Assembly (NCBI GenBank): GCA_003990765.1
Contig: RBNJ01000006.1
Location: 1-64,000, forward strand
DNA: 64,000 bases
Source of the DNA: Jimgerdemannia flammicorona
Lineage: Eukaryota
Reading direction: 5' to 3'
The position numbers were made by a program, and so were the translations under genes. Below the pieces are notes generated by a model. It made no database searches and was not told the origin of the DNA. It worked only from the letters and a program-made list of their open reading frames with translations. The stretch's first letter is position 1. The number at the start of each line of letters is the position of its first letter. This document shows, one piece after another, positions 13,796 through 26,081 of the stretch.

Positions 13796-15851
13796 TGTAA
13801 GTATATAATCTCTAAGCCATTGAAATTGTATATTACTCTCAGAATAAATTTAGAAATCACCTATTAGATTATAAAGCTAAGTCAAACCAATGTTATAGAT
13901 CATGAAGCTGAGTTAACTCAAAGCCACAGAATAGAAGATTTATAAAAACAGAATCTTACCAACTAGGACTGAAAGCATATATATCAAATATATAGTATAT
14001 CAAAATAAGGAACTATAATAAATAATAACTATAACTCTTAAATATATACTCAACTATAACCACTGAAGTCTATAACTCTATCCATAATAATATTTGAAAT
14101 GTCATTATCAACTGGGCCACAGCATCTCTGCCTCTCATGAATATCTATAGCCTAGCATCTCTCTATTTAGTAAAAGCTTGATAGAATACTCTGAATATAC
14201 TTAGTGAGGTCTACTGAATCAGACAAATCTCAAGCTACTATTAGATCAGCTATCTCTTGGAAGATATAGTTAACCATCACTATGATATAGATATTACCAA
14301 AATTCCTCAATACTAGAAACTCATCACCTGCAAACACTGAGAGCTCTTCTATAAGTATAGTACTTTTATTTTCTACCTCTGAGTTATTACTGCTGAAATG
14401 ATTACTATCCTGACCTATGGCCAAATCAATGATATGATATAAGAACTCAAACATAAGTATATTGAGTATACTTAAACTACAGATAGACCCTTCCTACATC
14501 TAGACAACTATATCTTATAAATACTCTAAGTTGGATATACTATGAAAGATATCTATAATATAATTCAGTTTGATAATAATGAAGCTAAAGACAATGATCT
14601 CTCTGATACTAATATTATCTCCAGCCAAGAATCTCTGCAAATATTGATCATTCTATCAATCTTACCAATAAACTTACAATAGTTCATAACTGCATATGAG
14701 ACCTATTGAGATAATGACCACTGGTATGATTACTAATTTGCATTTATATCTAACTACTTCAACTATAATGAAGAGACTAGAAAATATAACCTATATCTCC
14801 AGATAACCCTTAAGATAGAACTGATAATCTTATCTCTCAAGTATGAGTAAAATAAAGAACAGTTGCCAGTATACTTCAACCCTGCAATATATAGTGCTAT
14901 AATCTTTCAAAGATATATATACTAATAGCAAATTCAATAAAAGCAAAGATGATATATCCTTTTTCTGCCCACCAATACCCTATCTAGTATATGAGACAGA
15001 TAATGTTATTTAGTTAGATGGTGACATAGTCTCAACATATTAATACAAATTAACAGAGAGATATAATCTAAGAACCACTCTTTCTAGATAACTACTTCAT
15101 CAGAGATGATACATATTATCAATAGTGACCTTATTGAAAAATACCTAGATAGTGTCTAAACTTATAAATACCATAGCAGTCATTAGTATATATAGTTAGA
15201 TTAGTCTTGTCTAATATAACTCTATACTGACTCAATAGTCAGTTGATCTCTTGATATATTAGTTCACACTTATACTATATAACTATATTCTGACTCATCT
15301 AAGTACTAAGTACTATAACCATATTTAGTATAGTCCAGATAGTCTCTTATAGTATAAATACCCACTCTTCCAAACCTCAGAAACTCAGACAAGAACAAAA
15401 ATATAAATAATTCAAGAATACTTCTCCACACAAATATCTCTTTACACACTACTTCTAGTATTAGTCAATAGCAATATTATGAATAGTAAATAAACTTATT
15501 TAATAATTCACAAACTATTCTAAAGTAAAACCATACTATATTAGATCTCACTTTTAACTAGATTCCAAAATTTCCTAATTGAGTATTATTTGCAACAATA
15601 TGCCAATTCAACTAAGCTGGTCTTAGTTTCTTAAAATTCCTAAAATATAGAAAATTCTGAATATTCAGAATAAGTCTGAGAAAGAACTTTTATTGAGACA
15701 TCAATCTAATCTTAAAATAAATAAGTATAGAGGATGTACTCTATATGATATTAATCTTAATCTGAGGAAAATAGTCTTTCAGAATATCTAGAACTTCCTA
15801 AAAACTCTTCCAGAACTATATAATAGTACTTTAATAAAGCATCCTCTTATA
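13796..15851 (+). repeat. 3' LTR of Gypsy family A
   Basis: Starts TGTAAG directly after the PPT; colinear with 2489-4541; followed by the TSD and resumed Copia RT. Confidence 0.92.
14056..15159 (+). pseudogene. ~360-codon ORF inside family A LTR U3 (also ~2739-3852 plus and ~42995-44090 minus)
   Basis: A three-copy consensus by eye gives a continuous frame from ATG ACC ACT (ATG retained in the solo LTR) to ..DSDLIEEYLDSV*; most stops are private to a copy and C>T-type. Small indels in individual copies are possible. Confidence 0.6.
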
Positions 15852-17039
15852 TATATATTTATCATCTATAAGAATATAAAGATAATGATGATCTTATATA
15901 TAAACTGTATAAAAAATTATATAATATCAAGTAAGTAACTCATTTATAGAATAGAAAATTGATAAATATCTTTTTAACAATAGCTACATATATTACAAAG
16001 TAGATAACTATATATATATTCAATACTATACTGATAGAGTAACATTCATAGACATATAGATAGATAATATCATTATTATTATTATAAAAAAACAAGCTTA
16101 ATAGAGTTAAAGAAGTTCTGTATAAAATTCAAAATAACTAATATAGGTAATGTATTCTTTCTTTTGGGAATATCTATTATATATAATAGGAGTATGTATT
16201 CTATATATCTCTTACAGTAAACTTATATCTAAGTTATCTTAAAATAATTCAGTATAAGTAAATATAAGTCTATTAATACTCTTATAGATATGTTTGTAAA
16301 GTTAAAAAAGCCCAAAACAAATAATAATAATAATAATATTCCCTATTAACAAAGTTTGTTCTCTTATATATCTTATACTAGGAATGAGGGCTGATATTTT
16401 ATATACTATAAATAAAATAATATATATAGTACTTATTATACTATAATCATTTATATTAAAGTACTATTAAGAGAATTTTCAGATATATTAAAGAAATAAT
16501 ATACTATACACTCACTCTTGGTAGATTGAATAAGAGTAATAGCAACAATAATAATAATAAGAATAGTATATAACTATCTGATATATGTAATACTGATTAG
16601 ACTAGAGACTTAATGATTATTAATCTATGACTAAGTACTTCTTTTAGTTAAATAACAAAGAAGTTATTTCATGGCAAATATATAAGCAGAATTTAGTAAT
16701 AATATTATATATATAAGTAGAGTACTAAGTATTATCTACTGTAATAAAGAAAGCCATTTGGTTATATTAATTACTAAAAGAGCTACATAGGCTTTAATTA
16801 GAAATGAAACTCTATACTTATCTATTAAAACAACTAGTCTATAATTATTATAGCAAAATACTCTATTATGACTTCAGAATGAAGTATATCAATATATAGT
16901 ATCATTATATAAGAAAGTAAATAGAGAGTAAGACTATACATCTAAAATATATTTCTATAGAGTATATAATTACAGATTTACTTATCAAAGCCTTTCTATA
17001 ATCTAAATTTCAGCAATATACTAAAAAAAATGAGTCTTA

Positions 17040-18240
17040 TGGCAAACTATATATCAGTAATAGATAATAGTTGATAATTATAGGATATTTCATAATAAAA
17101 AGAAAGCAGAAAAATAATGAAATACATCTCTCTACATCTCTCTCTCTCTTCAAGTATTATATTATACTATTCTATTTTGCTTTTTTCTTTCTTTCTCTTC
17201 TTTTATATTTAAGATCATCTACTACTAGAACTATCTATATCTTTTATTTTTACTACAGTTTCATATATTTTAAGTATAGATAAATAGTATTCTTTTAGTA
17301 CTTTTATAATATATAAATATATACTATCTGAAATAATAAACAAACTACTATTGCTATTCTTCTCTACTTCCAACTCTACTAAGTTACAATAATATATATA
17401 CTGTCTCTAGCAATTAAACATATTACAATCAAGTATATCAGACTTGTCTTCTATAATATCACTTATAAAGAATACTATAATAATGGCTTTACTATCAAAT
17501 ATAGCTTCAATAAGTATAGTTATATATAATCTCAATATAGTAGTCTGAAACAGAAAAAGAAAAAGTTCAAAAATGATCTGATATTTAGAAAGAGTTTATA
17601 AAGAAGTGTAAAGAAAATAAAGATATTAGAATTAAATATAACTACTATAAAATATTATATAAGTTTATTAGTAACTTATTAATAAATTTAGATATATTTT
17701 AACAAATTTTATAAATATAACAATTTCTTAGTCATATCTTAGTCATAGTATATTTTATCTGTCTTCTAGTCTTTCTTGTCTTTTCTCAGTTCTAAGTATA
17801 TTGTCTTAGTTAGTTATAAAACCTTTTGAAATATAATAAAATTTTATTAGTTATTTTTACTAAGAATTATTCTCTTGGCTTTTCTTTTTATTTCTAAGAT
17901 TCTTTTAGATCTTTCTTTCAGATCTTATATAAATACTCTCTTTCTCTACTTATATAAATAAAACTCAGCTTATTTTCTTTAAAATTACTTAAATCTATAA
18001 GTATCTCTTTAAGCTATTTTAGATTTACTAAAAACTTTTAAATTTAGTCACTTTTTCTTAAAGAAACTAGAACTATTATACTTAATAGTGATAGTAAAGT
18101 TATACTTTACCTTATTAAGAAATCTTATATAAATTTAGAAAATGGTTACAACTAGTTATATAAATTTAAAATAAATACTGAAAACCAGTAAACTGTTCAG
18201 ATCTCTCTATAAGAGAAGATATAGATATAGAGATATATAT
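17040..18240. other. Unassigned, extremely AT-rich decayed repeat-like sequence
   Basis: Same CpG-free, TA-rich composition as the oldest TE layer; no motif I can assign reliably. Confidence 0.35.
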
Positions 18241-19661
18241 TGTAATAATATATATCTTCAAAATCAGTAATATCAGAATTCAGAAGACTGCCCAGACTTT
18301 GTAAACCACCAATTGCAAATTATGACTCAACCATAACTCATCTTGATTATAAGAATATCTATATCTGAACTTATAATAATTAATGATGACCTCAGTAGTA
18401 TACTACCCGAAATCAGATGACTTTATACTCTAAACTAAAGAAGAAGACCCTTAAGATATAAAAGAAGTAATTAGAAAAAATTATAAGATATAAAATAAGA
18501 GACCTACTATACAAATATATATCTGCTATCTGCCAAATAGTAAATCAGTTCAAGAGTAAATATTTACTATTATTAAAAGAGCCATTAGGTTATATATAAG
18601 AAGGACCCCAAGCCTGAACCTCTATATAAGAGACCTCTACCACTATACTCTCAACTACTGTAAAATGGAAATAAGACCATTACTACTAAGTATCTTTAGA
18701 TATAGTAAGAATATAAAAAAAAAACATTACCTTTACTGAGAATTTTTATAAATTAGCTCTCAAGAAATTGTAGATATTACTTGTATAAATAGATATGAAT
18801 AGAAATTGTTATCAGATCTTTAGATATATATGCTGGACTATTCTCTATCTAGAATATATGAAAGTCTCTAATATTTAAGAACTGATGAGCTACCATGAAG
18901 ACTACTTTGAAGAAATGGTCACAGAAGAAGTCCAATCTACTCTCATAGTCAAGAGTGATGAGGTTCAAGACCTTTGAAACTCTATCCTAGAGAAAAATTC
19001 AGACCAATTTATCTATAGTTTAATTATACTATTTTAAGGCCCTCTCTTAAGAGTCTGTTTCTCTTAGAATTCCACATATATTTCTTACTTTATGGATGAC
19101 AAAACTATTAACTAGAGACCCTAAGAGCCAAATGACTACATATTCTTTAATGATATTATCAATAAGGATATTATTAACAAAACAACTTAGAGAATAGTGG
19201 TGACCCACTTATTTTGCTAAAAGACAATATCAATAACTTTCTAGAAAAGTCTAGAGGCTTACTTTCTTCACTCTCAAAGCCCCCCACTGACTTCAGTATA
19301 ATTGTAAAGAATGCTGAAAATAATTTGGCCAGACCTCTTGAAGAGAAGAAGAATGAGAATGATATAATCCTCATTACTGAATTTTAAGTTAAATGAGAAT
19401 AGATCCATTAGTCAAATTGAGTAAGTGAGTTAGTTAGTCACCTAGATTCCAAAACTATACTAATTAGTATTTTCTAGTAATTATAAGTTATAACCAATTA
19501 TCTAGTCTTATATATAGTCTGAAAACTATATAAATACCTCTTTGATCTATAGTAAATAAACCTCAGTCAATTGGTTTGCAATACTAACTTAAGTTCTGAA
19601 AGACAAGAAAGTCAAGTATAAGAACTTTAGAAAAAAAACTCCAAGAGCTAAAGAATTACTC

Positions 19662-19665
<4 letters not shown>

Positions 19666-19699
<34 letters not shown>

Positions 19700-20866
19700 G
19701 ACTCAATGTCCCACAGATTTTTATTGGAAGAGAACCTAGACTATATAGGCCAAAACCCTCCCCCACTACCCATCAAGCACTGCCCCTCCATTAACCTAGG
19801 CTAGCTATTGTCTAGCAGCTTGACTATACTAGGTACAGCAGGGCCTATGTTGGCCCACACCTCATTCTATACACCATGCTCTCCCTACCACCAGGGGGAA
19901 CCCAGTCATATACCAATAACCAAAAGTGCATACCCAAACCCCAATATATATATAAGGCCATGCTTGAGCCAAATAGAATAGCTCCTACCACCCCAAAGAG
20001 AATGACAGGTAAAGAAAAACTCTCATCAAAGTATATTATGGTGGGCAGGGCCTAGTTCTCCTAGTCAAGGTGAGTAAAGGACTTACATGTGAGGGGGGAG
20101 AAGACCCCAAATACCCCACTACTCAAGCCTGCAGGCCTCAATCACAATGCCATATCAGCTCTCAATTCCAGTTGAGTGCAGCCAAGATGCCTGAAATGGA
20201 TAGCCTCAGGCCCCCCAATCCCCCCCAACAACTGGGACCCAATCCACTGAATTGCCAAAAGAAGCTGAGAGTGACACCTACCATCTAACCACTCTATATC
20301 AATCAAAAGGCCCACCAAAGCAGCACCCACCCTAGCCCCAATGACTGCCCCCAGCCTAGTACTCTACTGGTTCACTGTGATCACCCTTCCTCCTATCTGT
20401 GATGGCCATCTCTCCTCTCATCCTGACAACACCCAAAAAGTCGTCACCTATATCAGAACTGTGCTCACTGAGAAGCTTGCCAAAGCCAGAGGGCCCCACC
20501 ATAGATACCAAGAACCTGCAGGTAACCTATACTGAGTACTTGATACCCAAGGTCAGCTAACTCTCTATGTAGCCTGAGATATATCAAGACAGTACCTTAT
20601 TGGTGATGGCAAAAGGAAGAGGTACTGCACCAAAATGAATATACTCCAGATGTAGCCAAAGGTACCAGAAACTATAAAAAACTGGAGGAGACACTAATCT
20701 GACACTGATAAAGGGGCAACTCATCACCATTGCCTCCCTCCCACTACCCTACAATAGGTACAGCAAACCAACCTAAGGTAGAGGGGGTAATAATTATGGA
20801 AAGTGAACTTGGAAGATTTCCTACCAAACCATTGTGACTGGTAAGATAGTGGAGAAAGAGGCTCTG
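19666..20866 (-). mobile_element. 5'-truncated LINE (3' end), different subfamily, inserted in the family B LTR
   Basis: Poly(T) 19666-19695 with TTTATT (AATAAA on minus) nearby; G-rich minus strand; TSD ATTACTCTTAC at 19655-19665 / 20867-20877. Confidence 0.85.
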
Positions 20867-22800
20867 ATTACTCTTACTTCTATAAAACTTAAGATATAAG
20901 ATCAAGATCACTTCAAGATATAAGTCAGTTGGTTAAAATTACCACAAAATTAGATATAAGACCCAGAAGGATACCAGAATTGCAAACTTGTCCAAAAACT
21001 CAAGAACAATATATAAACTGAATAGTAGTTGATATGAATATTGAGTTAGGAATATTATTAAGAAACAAATAGAATATAGTATATAGATAATTCAGAGGCA
21101 TATTGAGCTATATAGAAGACAATAAGAGATATAAATTGCATACTATATTTTGAATCTTAACTGAGAAAGTTTTTCTAAAAACTTGATCATTTGGCTTAAG
21201 AACTCAGCAGCTATCTACAATGGAGAATTCAGGAGAAACTAATAATAGTCCACTTCAGAAAGAGGAGCTTACACCATTGTTAAGATCTCCTAAGACCCAG
21301 TAGTTAGAAAACTGAATCAGAAGAAAGAAGTAATATAGATTATAGTTTGACCTCAAAGGAAAGATGACTTAGAGGACAATCTGAGTCCATCCAGATCCAA
21401 GGCCCAGAACAAAAAGGAGACTTTTCTGAAGAATACCAGACTATAATCTATAGAAGATATTTAGACAGAAGTAACTATATTACTACTGTCATTACTTGAG
21501 CCACTCTACTGGATTAAGTATATTTAGAACATCTAAAGAAGAAGAAAACTACCATTCTTACCTTTCAATAAAAGGAAGACCATAATTAGAAAAGTCAACC
21601 AGATCACCTAAGGAATAAATTCAACCTTTATTACTACTTAGACAGTAATATAGACCCTTGGTAAGATAAATAGAACTCTGCTACTTCACAATAACAAGGG
21701 GTAGACAATCTGAATATTAGTTATATCAGTCCTATTCCAATTTCCAGAACCTCAGTACTCTGGTCCTTCATATCCCAGTACTATCTATAAGAGATATAAA
21801 GCACCAGCTCTCTCAGTACCTCAATTTAGTAATCACTATCACTCAATTAAAGAATCACCACTATCAAGAACCCCTATTCCTGCTTTAATTAAAAGGACCA
21901 GACTCTCTACACTCTTACCTAGATACTATCTTTTATCAGTATTACTAGTTTATCAAATATTTCCACCATCTTTATCTCTAAAAATATCATCAAGAAACTC
22001 TAACTCAGAACCAGACTCAGATAGTGAAGATGAACCAGATATGAGCTATCTTCAAAAATTTCATAATGCAGATAGTAAAGTATGAGCTATCTTCAGAAAT
22101 TCTATAGTACAAATAGTGAAGATATTATGGAATTCTGTGGAGAAATTAAAGTATCAGCAGTATTTAAGGAGTGAGATGTCCAGAGAAAGCTCAGAATCAT
22201 AGAATCACTTCTGAGAGGTCCTGCCCTACAGAAGTATAACTAAGCAAAGCAAGTTGGAGAAGATGTCCATAGAGTAGAACATACTAATAACCTTCAAGCA
22301 AATAGAGAACACATGAATGGATATATATAATATTTATAAGAGCTGGCTCTATATCTAGTTCAATAGTCTTAAGTACTAATAGAAAGCATAAGAAGCTTTA
22401 ACCTATATAAGCCAAGCTGCTAATGAAACTTCAAAAGACTTCTACCATTGGATTTAAGCCCAGATGATCAAGGAAAACTTATAACCTACAGTCCAACTAG
22501 CCCTAGCCTCAACCACCTTTCTTAATGGAATATTTCCAGAGCTTCAAAGGCAAGATATTAGGATAGACTATTAAATTATTGAGCAATAAGTTTTAGAAGT
22601 ATAAGGATACTGGGAAGCAGACTATAGACCACCCTAGCAAGTATAAGAACATTGAGAATCAGCTCAAGCTAAAACCCCAAGAACTTATATAATAAATATA
22701 TAATAAGAGAACATCTATTTGAGAGCCCAGTTGGCCAGCTATAAGACCAGACCTCAACTCCCAATTCTAACTTAATACAGGCAACAACAGTAGCCTCTAC

Positions 22801-23291
22801 TAGTGCTCCCAATGAATTGAATTGAATCAAATTTGGCCCAAACTCAATTTGATTCAATTGAATCAAGGGTCCAATTCAATTCGATTTGAATCAAATCAAA
22901 GGTCCAATTTGATTTGAAGTTCAATTTGAACCTTAATTTTCAAAATGTAATAACTCGACGAAATCTCATCTAAATTTAATGTATTTTAGCTTGTTAGATT
23001 CACTGTATTAATGTGATTCTAACAGGCTAAGGTACGTTAGATTTGGATGAGTTTATGCTGAGTTATTGCATTTTGAAAATTAGGGTTCGAATCAGACCCT
23101 CAATTTGATTTGACTTTTGATTCGATTCAAATTGATTCCAATTGATAAATCCCCAATTTGATTTGACTCGTTTAACCCTCAATTCGATTCGATTCAAATT
23201 GATTCCAATTGAAAAATCCCCAATTTGATTTGACTCGTTTAACCCTCAATTCAATTCAATTCGAATTGATTCGACTCATTTGAGAGTACTA
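22801..23291. mobile_element. MITE copy 1 (hAT-like, foldback)
   Basis: TIR TAGTGCTCCCAA / TTGAGAGTACTA, GATTC/GAATC pentamer arrays; reverse orientation relative to copies 2 and 3; internal ~68-bp tandem duplication; TSD degenerate. Confidence 0.85.
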
Positions 23292-26081
23292 CCCACCAGT
23301 TACAACTATAGATTTATCAGCAATAGGTTTCTATATCCTAACTTACTTCAACTGTAGAAATTAAGATCACATTTAGATATTTTATCCAAAGAAATAAACT
23401 CCATCTAATAATAGAAATTTTAACCTCATTCAAGTAGATAAAGAGACTTAAGAAATAGAAGAAGAAGCTGCCTGGCATTATAGCTAATAAGATATCTATC
23501 CATACTATAAAGTCTTTCTCTCTAAGATAACTTGGGATGCAGTACTTGCACAGATTAGAGAATGAGGAAGACCTCTAAGGACCCCACTTTTACCACTATT
23601 ATCAGTAACTATATCTACAGATAAACATCCAAGATATGGTCATTCCTTCTCAGACACTTCTCAGAAGAAGAACAAGAGAGACAGAAACGATACCTCAGAA
23701 CTAGAAGCTAGTCCATTAAGAGTATCAAGAGGTACCTCTCTGCCTGATCTTAAAGAAGATGAATATATAAGTATAGAGTTCTCAATTGATAAAGTGCTCA
23801 ATAAAAAAGAGAGAATCTACTACAAGAGACCTAGATATCAAAGAGGCAGTAAGCCCCATGAAGAGCATCACTTTGGAAATACCTCCACACTCAGAATACA
23901 AGTCTTACAGTAGAATAAGTCTTCAGAAGTTAGACAAAAATTCCTCAAGAGAGCCAAGGAAGATACCAAGAGAATCTCTGTCTAAGGACCACATATACTA
24001 CTATCTATATAGTTCAAGAACATTAGTGCCAAGAACATCAATCTATAAAGCTAACTAATGGAAAAATACATGGTAAAAATATCAGAATCCTTATTGATAC
24101 TAGAGTAGCAGTTTGCATTATTACTCAGTAAATGCTAAAAAGAATCATATAGTGAATTGATAAAGAAACCAAAGTAAGAGTTATCATGGTAGATGGATCA
24201 GCATCCACCCCCTTTAGACTAGTCAGAGATATATCTATTCAAGTTGGAAAGGCCTGCCTTAATATATCTTAAGCTATTATAATACTAGTAATCTTTTATG
24301 ATCTGATTTTGGGAACTAACTGGTTGTACCAAGTTAGAGTCAATATAGATATCAAGAATCAACTCCTGGTCTTCATCTTCTATAGATAAAGTACAGAGTA
24401 TCAATTAAGTTAAAAGAAATAAGGAGAGTAAGTCAGACCTTCAAGGCAGAATAGTAAAAACATAGTGATATACTCACTACTATAGAGGATGAAAGTAAAG
24501 CAAATTGTCTGCAAGAACTAAGAAGTGATTTTGATACTTCTAGAGACTCTAAAAGTAGTCAAAAAGATCTTTTTGTTAGATTTATTAATACTGAAAGCCT
24601 GGAAGTAATCATTGATTGAGCTATTAGTGAAAAAGCAGCACTCAAATTTGCAGAACCATCTATACAACCATCCCCATCTCTAATAGAAAATTGAATTATA
24701 TAAGCCTTCTGCCTAGATACATATGTGTGAATACTACAACCATTTCTACTCACTGAGAGATGATTATAGCAACTGCTGAATCTATAATCTCAAAAAGAAT
24801 CCAATACTAGCAATCAAAGACAAGGATGATTTAAAATAAGCCCTGGTCCTCAGATGAATACAACTACTCACTCCAAAGGCTTTCAAGAAGACCTATAAAG
24901 AAGAGTAGAAGATCCTCTCTCACCAATCTTTAGAGATCCTTACAATTAAAGATAATAACAATAGTATCTATACCATTATCTGAGCTCTTCATATCACTCT
25001 ACCTACTGATGACAAATATTAAAAAAAATATCCAACAAGTAAGGAAATCAAACAGCAAAATGAGAAATTCATCAAGCAAGAATACTGTAATTATGGAAAG
25101 ACCTTTATCTGTTACTAGTGTCAATATTGAAGTATTAATCTCAGTGAATATATATACAAGAGCTAAGTTAAAAGGAAGTATCTCACCTTATAAGAACCTT
25201 GAATTTGCTGGGCCTATTGGAAATGCAAAGAGATCAATCATGAAGAAGACTACAAAGTCAAGAACAAGACCACTATCTGGAATCTATTATAATATGCCCA
25301 GCTCAATAGAGACAAATTACAAGGTTGGGGGTTATTGTAGTTTGGCTTAAGCCCTCAGTTACTTTGTTAAAAGTAATAAAATATTCTTGGTGTTTAGTAG
25401 TATAATAGTTAAAACTAGATATCTGTGAGTGATTTTGGCAATTTTCTTATTGAGATGAGTTCTTAGATATAGTAGTAATTATATATATAGCAGACTGGTA
25501 ATTTAGTAGTTCTTCTTATACAATTTCTACATAGCAATCTCTGTATATTATAGTGATCTCTATATAGCATAATAATCTCCAAAAGTATGTAATTTCTGCA
25601 GAAAAATCTTATATAGCATGATAATCTCTATATAGAATAGTAGATTCCTTATGCATAATGATCTAATAATTTGGTAGTTTTCCTATGTAGTTTTGGTGGG
25701 CAACTTGGTTTGAGTGTGGATTCTTCTGAATCAGACTTACTGGAAATAATAACTCAGTAGTTTTTCTGGAGATATTGGGTAGTATAGATTCTTCTGAATC
25801 AGGCTTACTGAGAACAGATAGATAACTCAGATGTTGTGGATAACTCAGATGTCACAGATTCTTGGCAAAGTTATATTAAAGACTGGCTTCATTTATATAG
25901 AGTTATATCATAGACTGGCTCTACTGTGAAGTTACATCAAGAGACTGACTTGTGGTAAGGTTCCTTAAGAGATCTCTGGGAATGTGGATAACTTGGCACC
26001 ATCTTTCACTGGTAACATTTGGGTGACACAAGACTCAGACAACACTTTTTACTACATTTTTGGTATCTGATAACTATCAAC

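Larger units (their letters stand above)
2489..15851 (+). mobile_element. Ty3/Gypsy chromovirus-like LTR retrotransposon, family A (dUTPase + chromodomain), non-functional
   Basis: Paired ~2.05-kb LTRs, 5-bp TSD TATAT (2484-2488 / 15852-15856), PBS-like TGGTAG after the 5' LTR, PPT AAGAAGGAGAGAG before the 3' LTR, and RT-RNaseH-IN-chromodomain order. Protease not recognised (probably deleted). Confidence 0.93.
480..17040 (+). mobile_element. Degenerate Ty1/Copia pol (protease-integrase-RT-RNase H), split by Gypsy element A at 2489-15851
   Basis: Decayed but recognisable motifs in Copia order: NLFSISK (~675), LDLIxxD integrase (~1050), EQFNCIAIEIV (ERFNRT-like, ~1350), KFEPKASKYIFL (~1640), IDYDETF (~2345). 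After 15852 the RT continues, then RNase H (D*TRDLND, ~16595), KYINI*YHYIR (~16880) and DLLIKA (~16975). Ends approximate. Confidence 0.85.
18241..25287 (+). mobile_element. 3'-truncated Ty3/Gypsy element, family B (5' LTR 18241-21219, PBS, gag, protease)
   Basis: LTR TGTAA...CTACA preceded by ATAT; TGGAGAATTC PBS-like at 21221; gag-like TFLNGIFPEL (~22515); zinc knuckle TYFNCRN*DHI (~23341); protease ILIDTRVAVCII (~24087) and DLILGTNWL (~24300). Cut at 25288 by element C2; the rest is absent. Confidence 0.85.

Noticed and set aside
25983-25991. TGTGGATAA / TTATCCACA DnaA-box matches
   Set aside because: Part of the family C LTR repeat unit and the LINE TSD in eukaryotic TE DNA; coincidental.
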